Below are positions 39,707 to 54,255 of a DNA stretch of 64,000 nucleotides, in pieces. Location of the stretch: the NCBI GenBank assembly GCA_951406725.2, contig OX597822.1, positions 76,570,001 to 76,634,000 of the forward strand. The letters run 5' to 3'. Below the pieces are notes generated by a model that was not told where the DNA came from, did no database searches, and was given only the letters and a program-made list of their open reading frames with translations. This DNA is from Octopus vulgaris. Taxonomy: Eukaryota. Made by a program: the position numbers and the translations under genes. The stretch's first letter is position 1. Every line of letters starts with the position of its first letter.

Positions 39707-40089
39707 AAATACATACATACACATATATATATATATATATATATATAATATGAACAGCCATGTGCAATGTTTTACCAAAAAGAAAAGCTATAATATATGT
39801 GTGTGCATATATATATATAAAGTTAAAGAGGTAAATGACAGAGAAATAGTTTGGTGAAATTTTTTTTAGCCATTATATATTCAAATATCATGATAAATTG
39901 TTTCGTAGCTTAAAAACATGAAGATAAATTATATTCTTATATTTAACAATAAATTACTTGACTTCATGTATTGTGACTTAAATATATATATCTCTCACTA
40001 TATATATATATATATGTATGTATGTGTGTATGTATGTATGTCTATACTTATGTCATGTTCTAATGACACCTATGCTTTGTTCCTTTCAG

Positions 40090-40203
40090 GGTCCTGTGAC
40101 AGCTTGGCATCCTGTGAGCAAAAGTGTATCCAATCATATCATGGATACTTATGTGCTTGCAATGAGGGTTACAATCTCAATAGCGATGGATTTTCTTGCA
40201 CAC
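40090..40203 (+). CDS. Internal coding exon encoding one EGF-like module (6 Cys; xSCDSLASCEQKCIQSYHGYLCACNEGYNLNSDGFSCT) of a larger extracellular or receptor gene
   Basis: Polypyrimidine acceptor tgctttgttcctttcAG (AG at 40088-40089) and donor GTAAGT at 40204. Length 114 bp (38 codons), symmetric phase 1-1 as is typical of EGF exons. The C-x-C-x2-GY-x-L-x2-DG-x-SC motif matches FXa_inhibition/cEGF-type EGF repeats. Confidence 0.92.
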
Positions 40204-40544
40204 GTAAGTCCCTTCTTTTATTCCTGAATATCTTTTGTCAGAGCAATTTTCACAATCTACCTCCGTGAAAACACAATTTATTTATAAGAAATGATATCAA
40301 AAGGAAACTTCACTGTCTATATGAATAAACTCTATGCTATGTATATCACATGAGAAGGTGTGTAGCTGAGTGCTTAGGGTATTGCACTCGTGATCACAAG
40401 ATCGTGGTTTCATTTCCCAGACCAGGCAGTGTTCTGTGTTCTTGAGCAAAGCATTTCATTTCCCATTGCCCCAGTCCACTTGACTGTAAATAAGTGACTC
40501 TGCAATCATGTGGTATCCCATTTAGGGGCAACGTTGTGATTTTA

Positions 40545-40850
40545 GTCACAGTATTGACCAAACCATCAAATATTGTTATACACCGCTGGTCACAATGCAC
40601 TTCCAATTCTGTCTTGGTTGCACCATTCTTTTCCATCTCAACCCAAATTGCTTAACTAGAGTGCCTTTCCATCCTCATAGATGCCTTCCTAGTGACTTTT
40701 TCTGATCCCTTGGATATCCCTCAGTGACTGCATGAGTTCCCCTGTCATCTGTGACCCTTGTAACATGTCCAACCCAGCAGCATTTGTGCTTTCAGCATTT
40801 TGCAGTCACATTGTTCACTCTGCTTTGTTCTCAATTTATCTCATGTCGAA
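40545..40850 (-). mobile_element. RTE-1-like LINE 3' fragment
   Basis: KHKCCWVGHVTRVTDDRGTHAVTEGYPRDQKKSLGRHL*GW...GLRWKRMVQPRQNW (cf. KWRWAGHVAR-D-RWT--V-EW-PR). Confidence 0.75.
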
Positions 40851-40880
40851 TAAGCCCTTGTAATAATATTACTTCTCTAT

Positions 40881-41205
40881 GTGGAGGCACAATGGCCCAG
40901 TGGTCAGGGCAGTGGACTTGCAGTTGTAGGATCACGGTTTTGATTCCCAGACCGGGCGTTGGGAATGTTTATTGAGTGAAAGCACCTAAAGCTCCATGAT
41001 GTTCTGGCAGGGATGGTGGTGGCGAACCCTGCTGTACTCTTTCACCACAACTTTCTTTCTCTCTTTCTTCCTGTTTCTGTTGTAGCTGCATTTCAAAGGG
41101 CCAGCCTTGTCACACTCTGTGTCACGCTGAATCTCCTCGAGAACTACGTTAAGGGTACAAATGTCTGTCGCATGCTCAGCCACTTGCACATTAATTTTAC
41201 AAGCA
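40881..41205 (+). mobile_element. tRNA-derived SINE family 3
   Basis: GGAGGCACAATGGCCCAGTGG (A box) and GGTTTTGATTCC (B box). Related copies at 15824-15990 and 59090-59392(-). Confidence 0.8.
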
Positions 41206-41559
41206 GAGAAACTTTTTGAACACCCTGTATAAAAAAAATAATTTTTCTGGCAACACTGCATCTGTCCAATGTGTTTAGGAGATCTCACGTCATTTTGAAC
41301 TACAAAGAATTTGGTTTCTAAGATGTCAACATCCAAAACCTGAAATGAAAATGTCTCTAGAAAAATCCTTTTGTTTCACATTCAGGATATTAATTTATTT
41401 AATTGCATTTGTTTTATCCTTTTTATATTTATAATTGTATTCTCCAAATAAATAGATTCAATAAACCTCTTGAATTCAAAGAATCTAGGATTTTCTTCCT
41501 TTAAAATGAAGGGAGTAATTTCGAAATAAATAAATATATATTTTGGGGTAATTGGTTAA

Positions 41560-42620
41560 AAATGTTCCCTCGCTCTTGATCTTGAGGTTGAGATATATAA
41601 TGGCCACAGGAGTCCACTGGTTGCCCTACTCATTCTGTTACACAAGTTGCATGAGAGATTCTGCTGGATATCATCATATTGGTAGATAATGAGTGTTTCT
41701 GTAACAGCATTTCTGGTTGAGTAGACTGGCCATTGAGAAGTAAATACTATCACACTGCTCACTTGACAGACATTTTTGTGCCCTTTTCAGCAAGTGGGCT
41801 AATATCTTCCAAATATTTATCATACATACATGCATGCATGCATACATATATGCATGCATGCTTACATACATACATACATATGTATATACATATACCAATC
41901 TTAGAGATTAGGCTTCTCAAAACCAGAAAGGAGAAATCTGATTCGAAGACTACAGATCCAATCCATCATTGGAACTGTAAAAATCTGTAAAACTTACCAG
42001 AAGTTTATCATTTAAATATATATGAGCATGTCTAGGGATGCAACTATATGCATGAAAATACATACATAAAATATACAAATCTGCACATACATATATACAA
42101 AAATACCCTTTTGTTAATGTTGAAATTCCAATGAAGGAGCCTTAGATCTTGGTTAGAAACCGGCTCTTTCTCTATTGGCAAGAAATCTTGAAATAAAACT
42201 GAAAAATGACATACATACATACATATATACATACATACATGCATGCACACACATACATACATACATACATACATACATACATACATCCAAATACAATCTG
42301 TAAGTGGAACAGTAAAGATATGCGAGACTTTTCTCAAGTTTAAAACATAACACTATTTTCATTATCTACGTTCCAATGATATAGCTGGGTATCTTTGTAA
42401 GAAACTAGCTCCTTCCTCAGAGGAAGAATTCAACTAATGAAAAACAGAAGAGAACATTCTCCCTGCAGATTGCCGTTTCCTTGTGGTTGCACGTTGTCAA
42501 TGGCATTTCTGACTTTCCATCACCTTTCAGATGATTATTTAGTCTCACTGCTTTCTAACTGCATGCTTTCAACAGGTTAGGTCTGCACACATCACCATTC
42601 TTCCAAAGTCACAAGACTTT
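41560..42620 (+). pseudogene. Possible heavily decayed P-element-type transposase C-terminus, interrupted by an RLE LINE
   Basis: Weak frameshifted motifs only: DRHFCAL..SG.N (about 41770), DIAGYLCKK (about 42378) and G..LTFPS (about 42500). Confidence 0.25.
41893..42210 (+). mobile_element. R4/Dong-like (RLE-endonuclease) LINE 3' end inserted in (TACA)n
   Basis: RLGFSKPERRNLIRRLQIQSIIGTVKICKTYQKFII* resembles RLE C-termini (LQ---I-GT-KI). The 3' UTR ends in AATAAAACTGA, and (CATA)n lies on both flanks. Confidence 0.65.
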
Positions 42621-43069
42621 CAGTAGATGGAATGACAAATGAGGTCACTATATGGAGACAGCTATACAAAATCGGATTATGAGTGATAAACGCTTGTACA
42701 ATACAAGTGTATTCAACCAACAGACTGAAATTTGAATAACATCTATGAGTAGATTAAGCATGCACTTAAGTGGCTGCAAACACATGTACAAGTACTTCGT
42801 TAATGTTCAGGTAATATAGCTTGAAAATTTTCATACTTTATATAGAAAATAATAATTATCCCCATATTTTTTGCTAAAACTGTAACTATGGATTGACAGA
42901 AGCAAAATAAAGAGAAAAATGCACGTTTACACATATGCAAATGCAGACATATGCATAAATATATGTATTTATGTATTTGCTATGGTTGGATGGCCAAATA
43001 AAGCATCTTCTGTCTTTGTGTGGAGTCTGAGTATGGCTTGAAATGGATTACTCTTCTATTCATATATCT

Positions 43070-43655
43070 ATTCAAATGGATATTGTAGTTGTGATACCTG
43101 TGCCGGTGGCACGTTGGGCCTCACAGAGGAAATGATGAAAGACAGAGACCTCTGAGATATGCTGTGACAACAAAGACCCGACAAATGAAGTGAGTTCATG
43201 GTTTGCAGGATGGCCTGCTGTGCTAATCTTGGATCGTAGAGTGACCTGCTGTGCTTGAGGAGACCTATTGAGTCAAGTACGTCAACACCAACATCAAAAT
43301 AAAAATCAAATGGAAATTGTATTTGAGATACCCGTGCTGGTGACACATAAAAAGTACCATCCGAATGTCACTGATGCCAGCACTGCCTGACTGGTATCCG
43401 TGTTGGTGACACGTAAAAAGCACTGACCGATTGTGGCCATTTGCCAGTTTCCTCTGGCCCCTGTGCCGGTGGCATGTAAAAAGCACACACTACACTCTCA
43501 CGGAGTGGTTGACGTTAGGAAGGGCATCCAGCTATAGAAACCCTGCCAGATTAGACTGGAGCCTGGCGCAGCCTCCTGGCTTCCCAGACCATGCTCAAAC
43601 CGTCCAACCCATGCCAGCATGGAAAACAGATGTTAAACGATGATGATGATGATGA
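43070..43655 (+). mobile_element. RTE-type 3' UTR element with (GAT)n tail
   Basis: Same terminal GGTTGRCGTTAGGAAGGGCATCCAG...CCATGCCAGCATGGAAA...GTTAAACGATGATG. Confidence 0.75.
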
Positions 43656-45764
43656 TATATATATTTCAATTACTCATGTAATTAAGAATTCAGTTTATGA
43701 ACAGGAATGATGACATGTCGCTTAGTGGTTAGGGTGTTTGGTTAGTGAGTTTGATTCCTGGTGGTGCACTGTGTCCTTGAGCAAGACTCTTTACTTCACA
43801 TTGCTCCAGTCCACTCAGCTGGCAAAAATGAGATCTACCTATAATTTAAATGACTAGCCTTGTCACATTCTGTGTGTCATGCTGAATCTCCTTGACAACT
43901 ATATTAAGGGTACGTGTGTCTGTGGAGTACTCAGCCACTTGCATGTTAATTTCACAAGCAGGTTGTTCTAGCGATCCAATCAACTGGAAACCAATGGAAT
44001 ACCATTTCTTTTTTGTTTTTAACGAACAGGGTTCCACAAAGGATAATGTTTGTGAAATAAAGATTATGTTGTACCCTGACAATGATGGAACCATTTTGTT
44101 ACAAAAACAAAAACAAAAAAGATGTGGGTGTTATCATTTACATTTCTCTAAAACAAAGAAAATCAGCCTTTTCTCTTTCTGTAACATGTAATCTACAACA
44201 TAAGAGATGTGTTCTTAATAATAGCCAGTTCTCTATGGCCATTGGTTCTTGTTCATACAATGGTCAGCAGCTTCACTGAATCAAATATTGCATCTGGTTA
44301 GATCCAAATTAATGGCAGATAATGTCTTTCATAAAAACTTCTCCAAACTCATAAGATCCTATAGATTCTTTCTTATAATTCAAAAGGGGTGGTCTGTGGT
44401 ACAGTTGGTTTGTTTGGTCACTGTAAAGCATATCCAATTAGAATAATCTTTTTTCTCTGCCATAAAAAGCTATGGACTGAATAAGTCTTTGATCTTGCAA
44501 TTAGTCATTCATTATAAATTTTTTTTTACCTTCTAGAACTTTCAGTTTGATCATAAAGACACATGCTGTCCAGCTTCTATCTGTTCTGTTTGTGGTTTTG
44601 TTATCATCAAAGCCTCACTGCTATAGAAAAGAATGGTCTCCAATGTAAACTTTGAAAAAGTAGCATTGTTATTCTATCATTGATTGAACTATTCTAAATG
44701 AAGCTTGCATGTTGCTACCTTTGGTGACTGGCATCATGACCACCATCACCACTATCACTATCACCACTGTCACAACCATTATCACCACCACCATCACCAC
44801 CACCACCACCATCATCATCACCATCACCTGCATCACCACCATCACCATCACTACCTTTTCCCCCCATTCAATTTTCCGTGTGTGGCTCAGGTGGAATTCA
44901 TTAAGGCAGGTTTTCTATGGTTAGATGCCCATCCTGAAGCTGACACTGATCTGCTTCCAAGCAAGGTGATATTCGCCCCCCCCACCCAGCCAATGTTTAC
45001 ACAGGATTTGAATGTCAGTAACATGCGCTTAAGACCATCACATGGTGTCAAGAGTAGAACACGTACCATACACAGACATACAGATACATACACACACACA
45101 CACACACATATATATATATTTATACATATATATGTATGTTTATGCTCATATGTTTATGTATGTAAATATAATTAAGATTTCATTGAATAAGGTATGCATG
45201 TATGTATGCATGCATGTATGTATGTGTGTGTATGCATGTATGTATATATGTATGTATCTGTGTGTATGTATGTGTCTGTGCATGTAGGTATGTATATATG
45301 TATGTATGCATGTATGTGTATGCATGTATGTATATATGTATCTATGTGCATGTGTATGTATGTGTATGGGTGTGTGCTTGTATGTATGCATGTGTGTGCA
45401 TACATGTGCGTGTGTCTCAATAAGGTGAGCTGGCAGAGGCATTAGCATGCCAGACAAAATGCTTAGTAACATTTCATCTGTCTTAAGGTTCTGAGTTCAA
45501 ATTCTGCTGTAATCAACTTTGCCTCTTATCATTTCAAGCGCTCTAAAATAAGTCCCAGTGAAGCACTGGGGGATCGATGTAACTGATTTCCCCTTCCCTT
45601 AAAATTTTGGACCTTCTACCTAAAGTAAAAAGGAACATGATTTGGGGTTCAGTCCCACTGCATAGCACCTTGGATTAGTGCCTTCAAATATTACCTCAGA
45701 CAAACCATAGTCTTGTCAGTGGATTTGGTAGACAGAAACTGAAAGAATCCTGTCATATATATTG

Positions 45765-46140
45765 GACTAGCTATGTAGTAAGAAGCTTGCTTCCCAATCA
45801 CATGATTCAGGGTTCAGTCCCACTGCATGGCACCTTGAGCAAGTGTCTTCTACTATTGCATCGGGCTGACCAAAGCCTTGTGAGTGGATTTGGTGAATGG
45901 AAACTGAAAGAAACCTTTTGTGTGTATATATATATGTGTGTGTGGGGGGCTGTGTTTGTACTGCCACTATATCTTGTCAACCGATGTTGGTGTGTTTACA
46001 TCCCCATAACTTAGTAATTCAGCAACAGAGACTGATAGAATAAGCACTAGGCTTACAAAGAATAAGTCCTGGGGCCGATTTGTTCGATTGAGGGCAGTGT
46101 TCCAGCATGGCTGCAGTCAAATGACTGAAACAAGTAAAAG
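45765..46140 (+). mobile_element. SINE family 1
   Basis: Head, core and tail. Confidence 0.85.
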
Positions 46141-46142
46141 AT

Positions 46143-46192
<50 letters not shown>

Positions 46193-46329
46193 AGGTATTG
46201 ATAATGGCCACTTTAGAGATGCTGAAACTGCTATTCAACCCCAGGAAGATATCTCCTTCAGCTGGTTTATTCAGTGCACTCCTTGCAATCGATATTTATT
46301 GCAAGTGGGAAGCATACATGCATTCATAC

Positions 46330-46344
46330 ATAGATATATATGTG

Positions 46345-46391
<47 letters not shown>

Positions 46392-46446
46392 TTGTATGTA
46401 TGTATGTATGTATGTATGTATATATATATATGTAAGTTTGTATGTA

Positions 46447-46482
<36 letters not shown>

Positions 46483-46716
46483 TGTATGTATGTATGTATG
46501 TATGTGTATGTATGTATGTATGTATGTATATATATATATATGCATATATACATGTATGTATATATACATACATGTATGTATGCATGTATGTATGTATATA
46601 TATATGTATGTATATATATATATATATATTTATATATGTATATATATGTATGTACGTATATGTATGTGTGTATATATATATATATATGTATATAAGTATA
46701 TGTGTGTAAGTATATA

Positions 46717-46772
<56 letters not shown>

Positions 46773-46803
46773 AGTATATGTATGTATGTGTATATATATA
46801 TAA
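46330..46803. repeat. Compound (TA)n/(TATG)n microsatellite; similar tracts at 33740-34105, 45194-45415, 50640-51350, 57180-57825 and 62850-63175
   Basis: Seen directly. Confidence 0.95.
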
Positions 46804-47489
46804 ATATTGAAATTAAATTATCAGTGAAGCATAAATTAAGAAAGATAATTAAATTTTTTTAATATACTAACATTCTTGAAACATTACATCAAAGCCACGT
46901 CACACTATCAGACTTTAAGCACTGCTCTTCCTCAATGCGAGCTAATCAAATCATTAGAGCTCTTTCTTTCACTCGTTCAGGTCTCACTAAGCTAAAAAAA
47001 AATACAAAATGGAAACCCATATGCAGCACCTCTCATTTTTTGCCCATTTACGCACTAACATTATGTCTATGTTTTTAAACTCTAAAGATAATGTTTAGGG
47101 CTTACAATGTAACAAACCTTTCTGTACTTTCAATATAAGAATTGCGCTACACTCCCATGGTGATAAATAAAAGAGATGAGCCATTAGAGAATAGAAGAAA
47201 AATCAATATTAATTTATTTATTCAACAGATTTCCTAGCTTTTGTTTAACCAACAGAGCATACACACACACACACACACATGAATGTAGGTATGAAGGAAA
47301 GTGTATGCAGATGTGTGTGTGTGCATGCGTGAAGCTGAGGCAATGTGGTTGATTAGTACACTTAGCATCCATGCTGTTTTGGGTTCAGTCCACAGCACCA
47401 TGGGTGAATGTTTTCTACTATATCGCTGGGCCAGCTAATGCTTTGTGAGTGGATTTGGTTGAGAGAAACTAAAAGAAGCCCATTGTATA

Positions 47490-47537
<48 letters not shown>

Positions 47538-47544
<7 letters not shown>

Positions 47545-47628
47545 CAAAATGGGACAAGAACGCAAAACATCCCGACAGCTACGTGATAGCTGTCGGGATG
47601 TTTGCATTCTTGTCCCATTTTGTATTTT
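47538..47628. mobile_element. Short fold-back (arms of about 43 bp); terminus of the family also seen at 54778-55060
   Basis: aaaatacaaaatgggacaagaacgcaaaacatcccgacagcta / tagctgtcgggatgtttgcattcttgtcccattttgtatttt. The same end sequence is at about 55025-55058. Confidence 0.8.
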
Positions 47629-47629
47629 C

Positions 47630-47663
<34 letters not shown>

Positions 47664-47675
47664 CATATATATATG

Positions 47676-47710
<35 letters not shown>

Positions 47711-47724
47711 GTATATATATGTAT

Positions 47725-48155
47725 AGATTCAGATGAATATGGTACTAATGGTGAGGCACCAGAGTTTTGCAGGTATTATCCATATAATTTCAAAATAAGG
47801 TGATTAAAATCAAAATAAAATCAAAATAAGCAACAAGGATATCCAGAGGTAATGCAGTACGATCGTTCCAAGTGACTCCATTTAATAGAACAATGTGACC
47901 ATTACAACAATTTAAATGCAGAGCAATCCTCAGTTGCATAAATACATAGAATTAAATTAAATTAAAACAGATGGACACTTTAGTATGATTTTACCTAAAA
48001 CCTCCAAGAAGGTAAGGAGATAGACAAAGAACATGCTGTCTTAACTTCAGCTAAGAAGCTACTAAGGCATCAGGCAAAAAAAACAACTTGTTAGCGATCT
48101 AAATAAAACACTATCTGTTTCAACACATGGTTTCACATCAGAAATCTTGCAAAAC
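47725..48155 (-). mobile_element. Family E element with a hammerhead-like core
   Basis: Minus strand TGCAA-CTGAGGA-[long stem II]-GGAA-CGATCG-TA-CTGCA (47853-47938). Inserted in (TA)n. Confidence 0.6.
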
Positions 48156-48259
48156 AAATATATATATATATATATATATCAACATCATCATTTAACATCT
48201 CTTTTCCCAGCTGGCATGAGTTGGACAGTTTGACAAGAGCTGACCAGCTGAAGGACTAT

Positions 48260-48429
48260 TTACTCTTTTACTTGTTTCAGTCGTTTGAACAAATCGACCC
48301 CAAGACTTATTCTTTGTAAGCCTAGTACTTATTCTATCGGTCTCTTTTGCCGAACCAGTAAGTTATGGGGATGTAAACACACCACCATCGGTTGTCAAAC
48401 GATGTTGGGGGACAAACACAGACACACAA

Positions 48430-48524
<95 letters not shown>

Positions 48525-48682
48525 TACGATGGGCTTCTTTCAGTTTCCATCTACCAAATCCACTCACAAGGCTTTGGTCAGCCCAAGGCTATAGTAGAAG
48601 TCACTCACCCAAGGTGCCACACAGTGGGACTGAACCTGGAACTATGTGGTTGGTAAGCAAGCTACTTACCACACAACCACTC
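48260..48682 (-). mobile_element. SINE family 1
   Basis: Head, core and tail. Confidence 0.88.
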
Positions 48683-48809
48683 CATTCAGGCTCTGTGTTT
48701 ATTTCAACATTGTTTCTATGGCTGGATGCCTTTCCTAATGCCAATCACTTTACTGAGTGTATTGGGTGCTTTTACACAGCACCAGCACCGGTGGTCTTTA
48801 AGTATATTA

Positions 48810-48950
48810 GTGCAGATAAGGGCAGCTGCATCAGACTCTCTCATGCACCAAATGTCAATTCCTAAAAAGCATTCGTGAAGCAAAATTATGTAGCAACACG
48901 AAATGGCGGTGTCCCAGCGTGGCCACAGCTCGTGAGCTGAAACTAGATAA
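48810..48950 (+). mobile_element. CR1/L2-like LINE extreme 3' end
   Basis: QIRAAASDSLMHQMSIPKKHS*, then GGCGGTGTCCCAGCGTGGCCACAGCTCGTGAGCTGAAAC. Confidence 0.65.
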
Positions 48951-49549
48951 AATTTAAAAAATACACATACATATGTATAGTGTGCGTGTGTGTGTGTGCT
49001 TGTGTATCTATGTGTGTAGCATTGTTTCGACATTATGTGATGGTCGCAAGCAACCTCTAGCATTTTCCAAGCAATGCTTTTCATTTCCAAATTTCCATGA
49101 AAAATATTTCTGGCTAAAGGGAAATAGTACCTTGCTTGGAAACAGGTAAGAATAAGCAACAGAAAGAGCATCCAGTTACATCTGCCTCACCAAATTCTGT
49201 CGGACCCATGAAAGCATGAAATAGTGGACTGCAAATTGATGATGATATATTCTCATTGAATATAGAGATGAGTCCCAACCTTTCCATGTGGCAAGTTTGA
49301 TGATTACGGAGTGATTTCTCTTTACATGAAACTATTGTAGAGTGACCAATATAAAAATTTTGTAGTGAGAACCATATTAAAAATGAAAGATGAATAACAA
49401 AATGGTTTTGCATAGTAAGAGGGTTAAGTGGTACCAGAGAGGAGCTATTGATGATGTATACAGTTCTGCATGTATTTAATTGCATGAGCAGAATACTGCA
49501 GTTAGAGACATGATGGGTGGTGGGACTGTCTTGATGAGGGAACTGTCTT

Positions 49550-49850
49550 TCACAGACTTTGCTATAAGGGCCAGGTTATCAGTATATTGAAATTCCCATG
49601 TACTACCAATCTTAAACTGGCCTTAAACTCCTCTGTTAAAGCTTGGCGAATAGTCAGAAACTAGCTAAAATTGGAGCCTTGATAATTCCTTAAGTGTACA
49701 TTAAATTCCTTACTGAAATCTTTTTTTGTTCCTTTCCTACTGTGGTTGTTTCTATGGTTGCGTCTCTCCAAAACATCTTCTTTGACCCTAGGCAGGTAAG
49801 GATTATATTGACACACCCTTCATTCAGTACAACATTGGAGATAATGTACC
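49550..49850 (-). mobile_element. Decayed RTE RT fragment
   Basis: Frameshifted IILTC..EDVLERRNHR, EFNVHLG..QGS, QALTEEFK and WEFQYTDNLALIAKS (cf. WELLYADDLVLIAES). Confidence 0.65.
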
Positions 49851-50024
49851 TAGTTTAAACCTCTACATTGCCTGCTATTTTAGTATCTCGGTGACTATAT
49901 CTGATAGACCGACAGGATATCCCATCTTAATATCTCTAATGATTACTTTGACTATATAAACTGTCTGCTTCAGTATACATACTTGACACATACATATATA
50001 CATACATATATTTAAACATGTATG

Positions 50025-50064
<40 letters not shown>

Positions 50065-50737
50065 CATATAATGCGCATATAGATAACATATACATGCATA
50101 TATCAATATATACACAGGTACACACACAAACACACACACATATATATATGTATATATATATATATATGTGTGTGTGTGTATATGTATATATATCAACATT
50201 TATATATTTCAATAAATGTGTGTGTGTGTGTTTGCGGGTCTAACCTCCTCTGATGCACACGTTACTGCGTACAGTTGTAAGAATTCAAGAGTGAGAAAGA
50301 GGAAAGGTGAGAGAAGAAAAGAAAAACAGAGACTGTGAAGAGAAAATATATACAAACACAGACAGTGGTAAAGACCAAAAAAAAAAGAAAAGAAAGAAAA
50401 ACAAAAGAAAAACGTGTGAAAAAGAAAGAAAAAAATCAGTAGATGAAAACCAGTCCAAAATAAATATCTTGTTACTTCAATAGTACAAGATTTGATGGTA
50501 CATGAAAGGATCTTAATTGCTCCTCTTAGTTTTAAATATACTAAAATATATAGTCTGTTTTTCACTGTCTGTCTGTCTGTCTGTTTGAGAGCCTGTCTGT
50601 CTGTGTGTTTCACCTTCACTTTATGAAAATATATATATGAAGTTGTATATATATATGTGTATGTGTGTGTATGTATGTGTGCTTATGGGTATGTGGATTT
50701 ATATATGTATTTGTATATGCATGTATATATATGTATG

Positions 50738-50801
<64 letters not shown>

Positions 50802-51045
50802 TACTTTTAACTATGTATGAGTATGTGTGTACATAGATATGTGTGCGTGTGTGTGCGTGTATATATGCATGCATGTGTAAGGATATATATGTTCTCTTTG
50901 TATATATATATATTTATGTATATTCATGCATATTCGTACTGTATGTGTATATCTATATATACATTCCCCATATATATATCTTTATAGTATGTATATATGT
51001 GTAAATGTGTATGTGTATATATATATATATATGTATATATATATT

Positions 51046-51099
<54 letters not shown>

Positions 51100-51178
51100 T
51101 ATATATATATATACACACACATATATATATATATATTTACGTTTATATATATATATATATATATTCATACATATATAT

Positions 51179-51215
<37 letters not shown>

Positions 51216-51574
51216 CATATAAATACATGCATATATATATACATATAAATACATATATATATATATATATACATATGTAATATATATATATATTTAAATG
51301 TGTACATATATATATATTTATATACATATATATAATGTATGTATGTATGTGTGTCTGTGTTTATTTGTTTGTGTAGGTGTCTGGGCGGGCATAAAAACAA
51401 GCATGTCTACGAGTAATGAGTAATAATTATAGTAAGAGTGACATCAACAGCAACAACAACAACAACAACAATGTAAATAGGAAATGCATGAAAATATGAA
51501 CTGTGTTGACTTGGTTTTGAAGACTGTCAACATTCTTATGTGAACAACAAATTGTGAAATCTGTTGCCTTCATC

Positions 51575-51609
<35 letters not shown>

Positions 51610-52773
51610 CTGCAGTATGGAGATGTATTATTTACATTAGAAATACAAGATTTTTTTAATTCTTTGGCATCATCATCATTATCTTGTTCATTATTTAATG
51701 TCTAGTTTGCTATGCTTGCACAGGCCAGATAGAATTTGTTGAGGTTGAGACAAATTTTCTATGGTCAGTTGCCATGTTTGTGAGCAATTTTTACCTTTTT
51801 CCTAGCAAGGTAATATTCGCACCACTTGGCCATGAGATATGCTTTTCATGGAGGACTGGAAGGGAACAATCTCACTAATATCCCAATAATGCTCATTTAC
51901 AACAATCAGATATATACACATACATACATACATACATACATACATACATACATACATACATACATGTATGTATGTATTTGTGTGTATATGTATATATATA
52001 TATGTGTGTATATATATGTATGTATATATATGTATGTGTATATATATTACATATAAGAGGGATGACAACTAAGTGGACATTTATTATGCTAGAAGTCAAC
52101 CCCCTATGGTCATACCACTAAGAAATGATTGTTCTCAAGTAAATTTAGCAAACGCCACATTAGCAAATGTTCCACTGGCACGGGTGCCAATCAGGCAGTA
52201 CTGTCATCAGCCATGTCATCGATTTTGATTTCACTTCCCTCAACAGTTCTTCACAAGCAAAGTTTATTGTCCAATGAATGAAGGTTGCTCATAAGTGGAT
52301 TGGTTATTCACCACTGGCGTAGGCAGACATATATATATGAGGCGATATCAAAGGTTCCTTGACCAGTTTTGTTTAATAAAAAATAACTTATTTACCTAAG
52401 TTTTAACATCATCCCCTTCAAAATAGTCACCTTGCACAGCAGTAATCTGGTCCTAGGATTCCTGCCATTGTTGAAATCTAATCTGGATGTCATTTACCAT
52501 AAGCGAGTTGGGGAGCTTCTGCGATTCACTCTGGATTTTGACAACAATGTTAAAATGGCAACCTTTCAGCTGTATCTTCATCTTGGAGAAGAGATGGAAG
52601 TCAGCAGGTGCTGATTATGGTGAATAGAGCAAGTGTGGAAGTGATGCTTTGTTGTTTTTGGTGAGAAACTCACAAGTGAGGAGAGCTTGGTCCCAGGGTG
52701 CTTTGTCTTCGTGAAGAATCCATTTCTTTGCATTCCACAAATTTGGTAACTTTTACTGAATCTCTCTCAAATG

Positions 52774-53303
<530 letters not shown>

Positions 53304-53811
53304 TCTCTCAAATGCTTCAAATCATCACAGTAGAACTCTTGCTTGATAGTCTGGCTCTTGGGGATGATGTCCCGCTGCCTGTTTCTGGAGGTAACATTCA
53401 TGGCAGGTCTTCTAGATCCCTCATCATCCCCTAGGGACGTTTTTCAACTTTTGAAGCATCTGTGCCACTCAAAACATTGCCTCTTTGCCATAAGCTTGCT
53501 GAAGAATACTCAATGTCTCTGTAGCAGAATTCCCAAGTTTGATGCAAAATTTCAAATTAGATTTTTGTTCTAACTTCCAGTCCATGACAAAATCACAAAC
53601 TCCAGCATACACTTGATCACAAAGACACAAATTTCACAACTTGCGAAGTAAACACAGCAATGTCACTCAACATACTCTCTCATGAAGGTTACTGCTAGGT
53701 CTCATTGTGCATGCAGCCTTGTGCTGCCACCTGTTGGAATGCTACAGAACTAGTCTGGGACCTTTTTGATACCATACATATGTGTGTGTGTATATATATA
53801 TATATATATAC

Positions 53812-54255
<444 letters not shown>

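Noticed and set aside
39918-40268. 116-aa ORF as a complete gene
   Set aside because: Only 40090-40203 is bounded by splice sites; the flanks are microsatellite or intron read-through.
42127-42180. Hammerhead-like AGAAACCGG with an upstream hairpin
   Set aside because: It lacks CTGANGA and is better explained as a LINE 3' UTR stem-loop.
49785-49802. Strong splice donor CAG|GTAAGG
   Set aside because: It lies within a minus-strand RTE RT remnant and has no plausible upstream exon.
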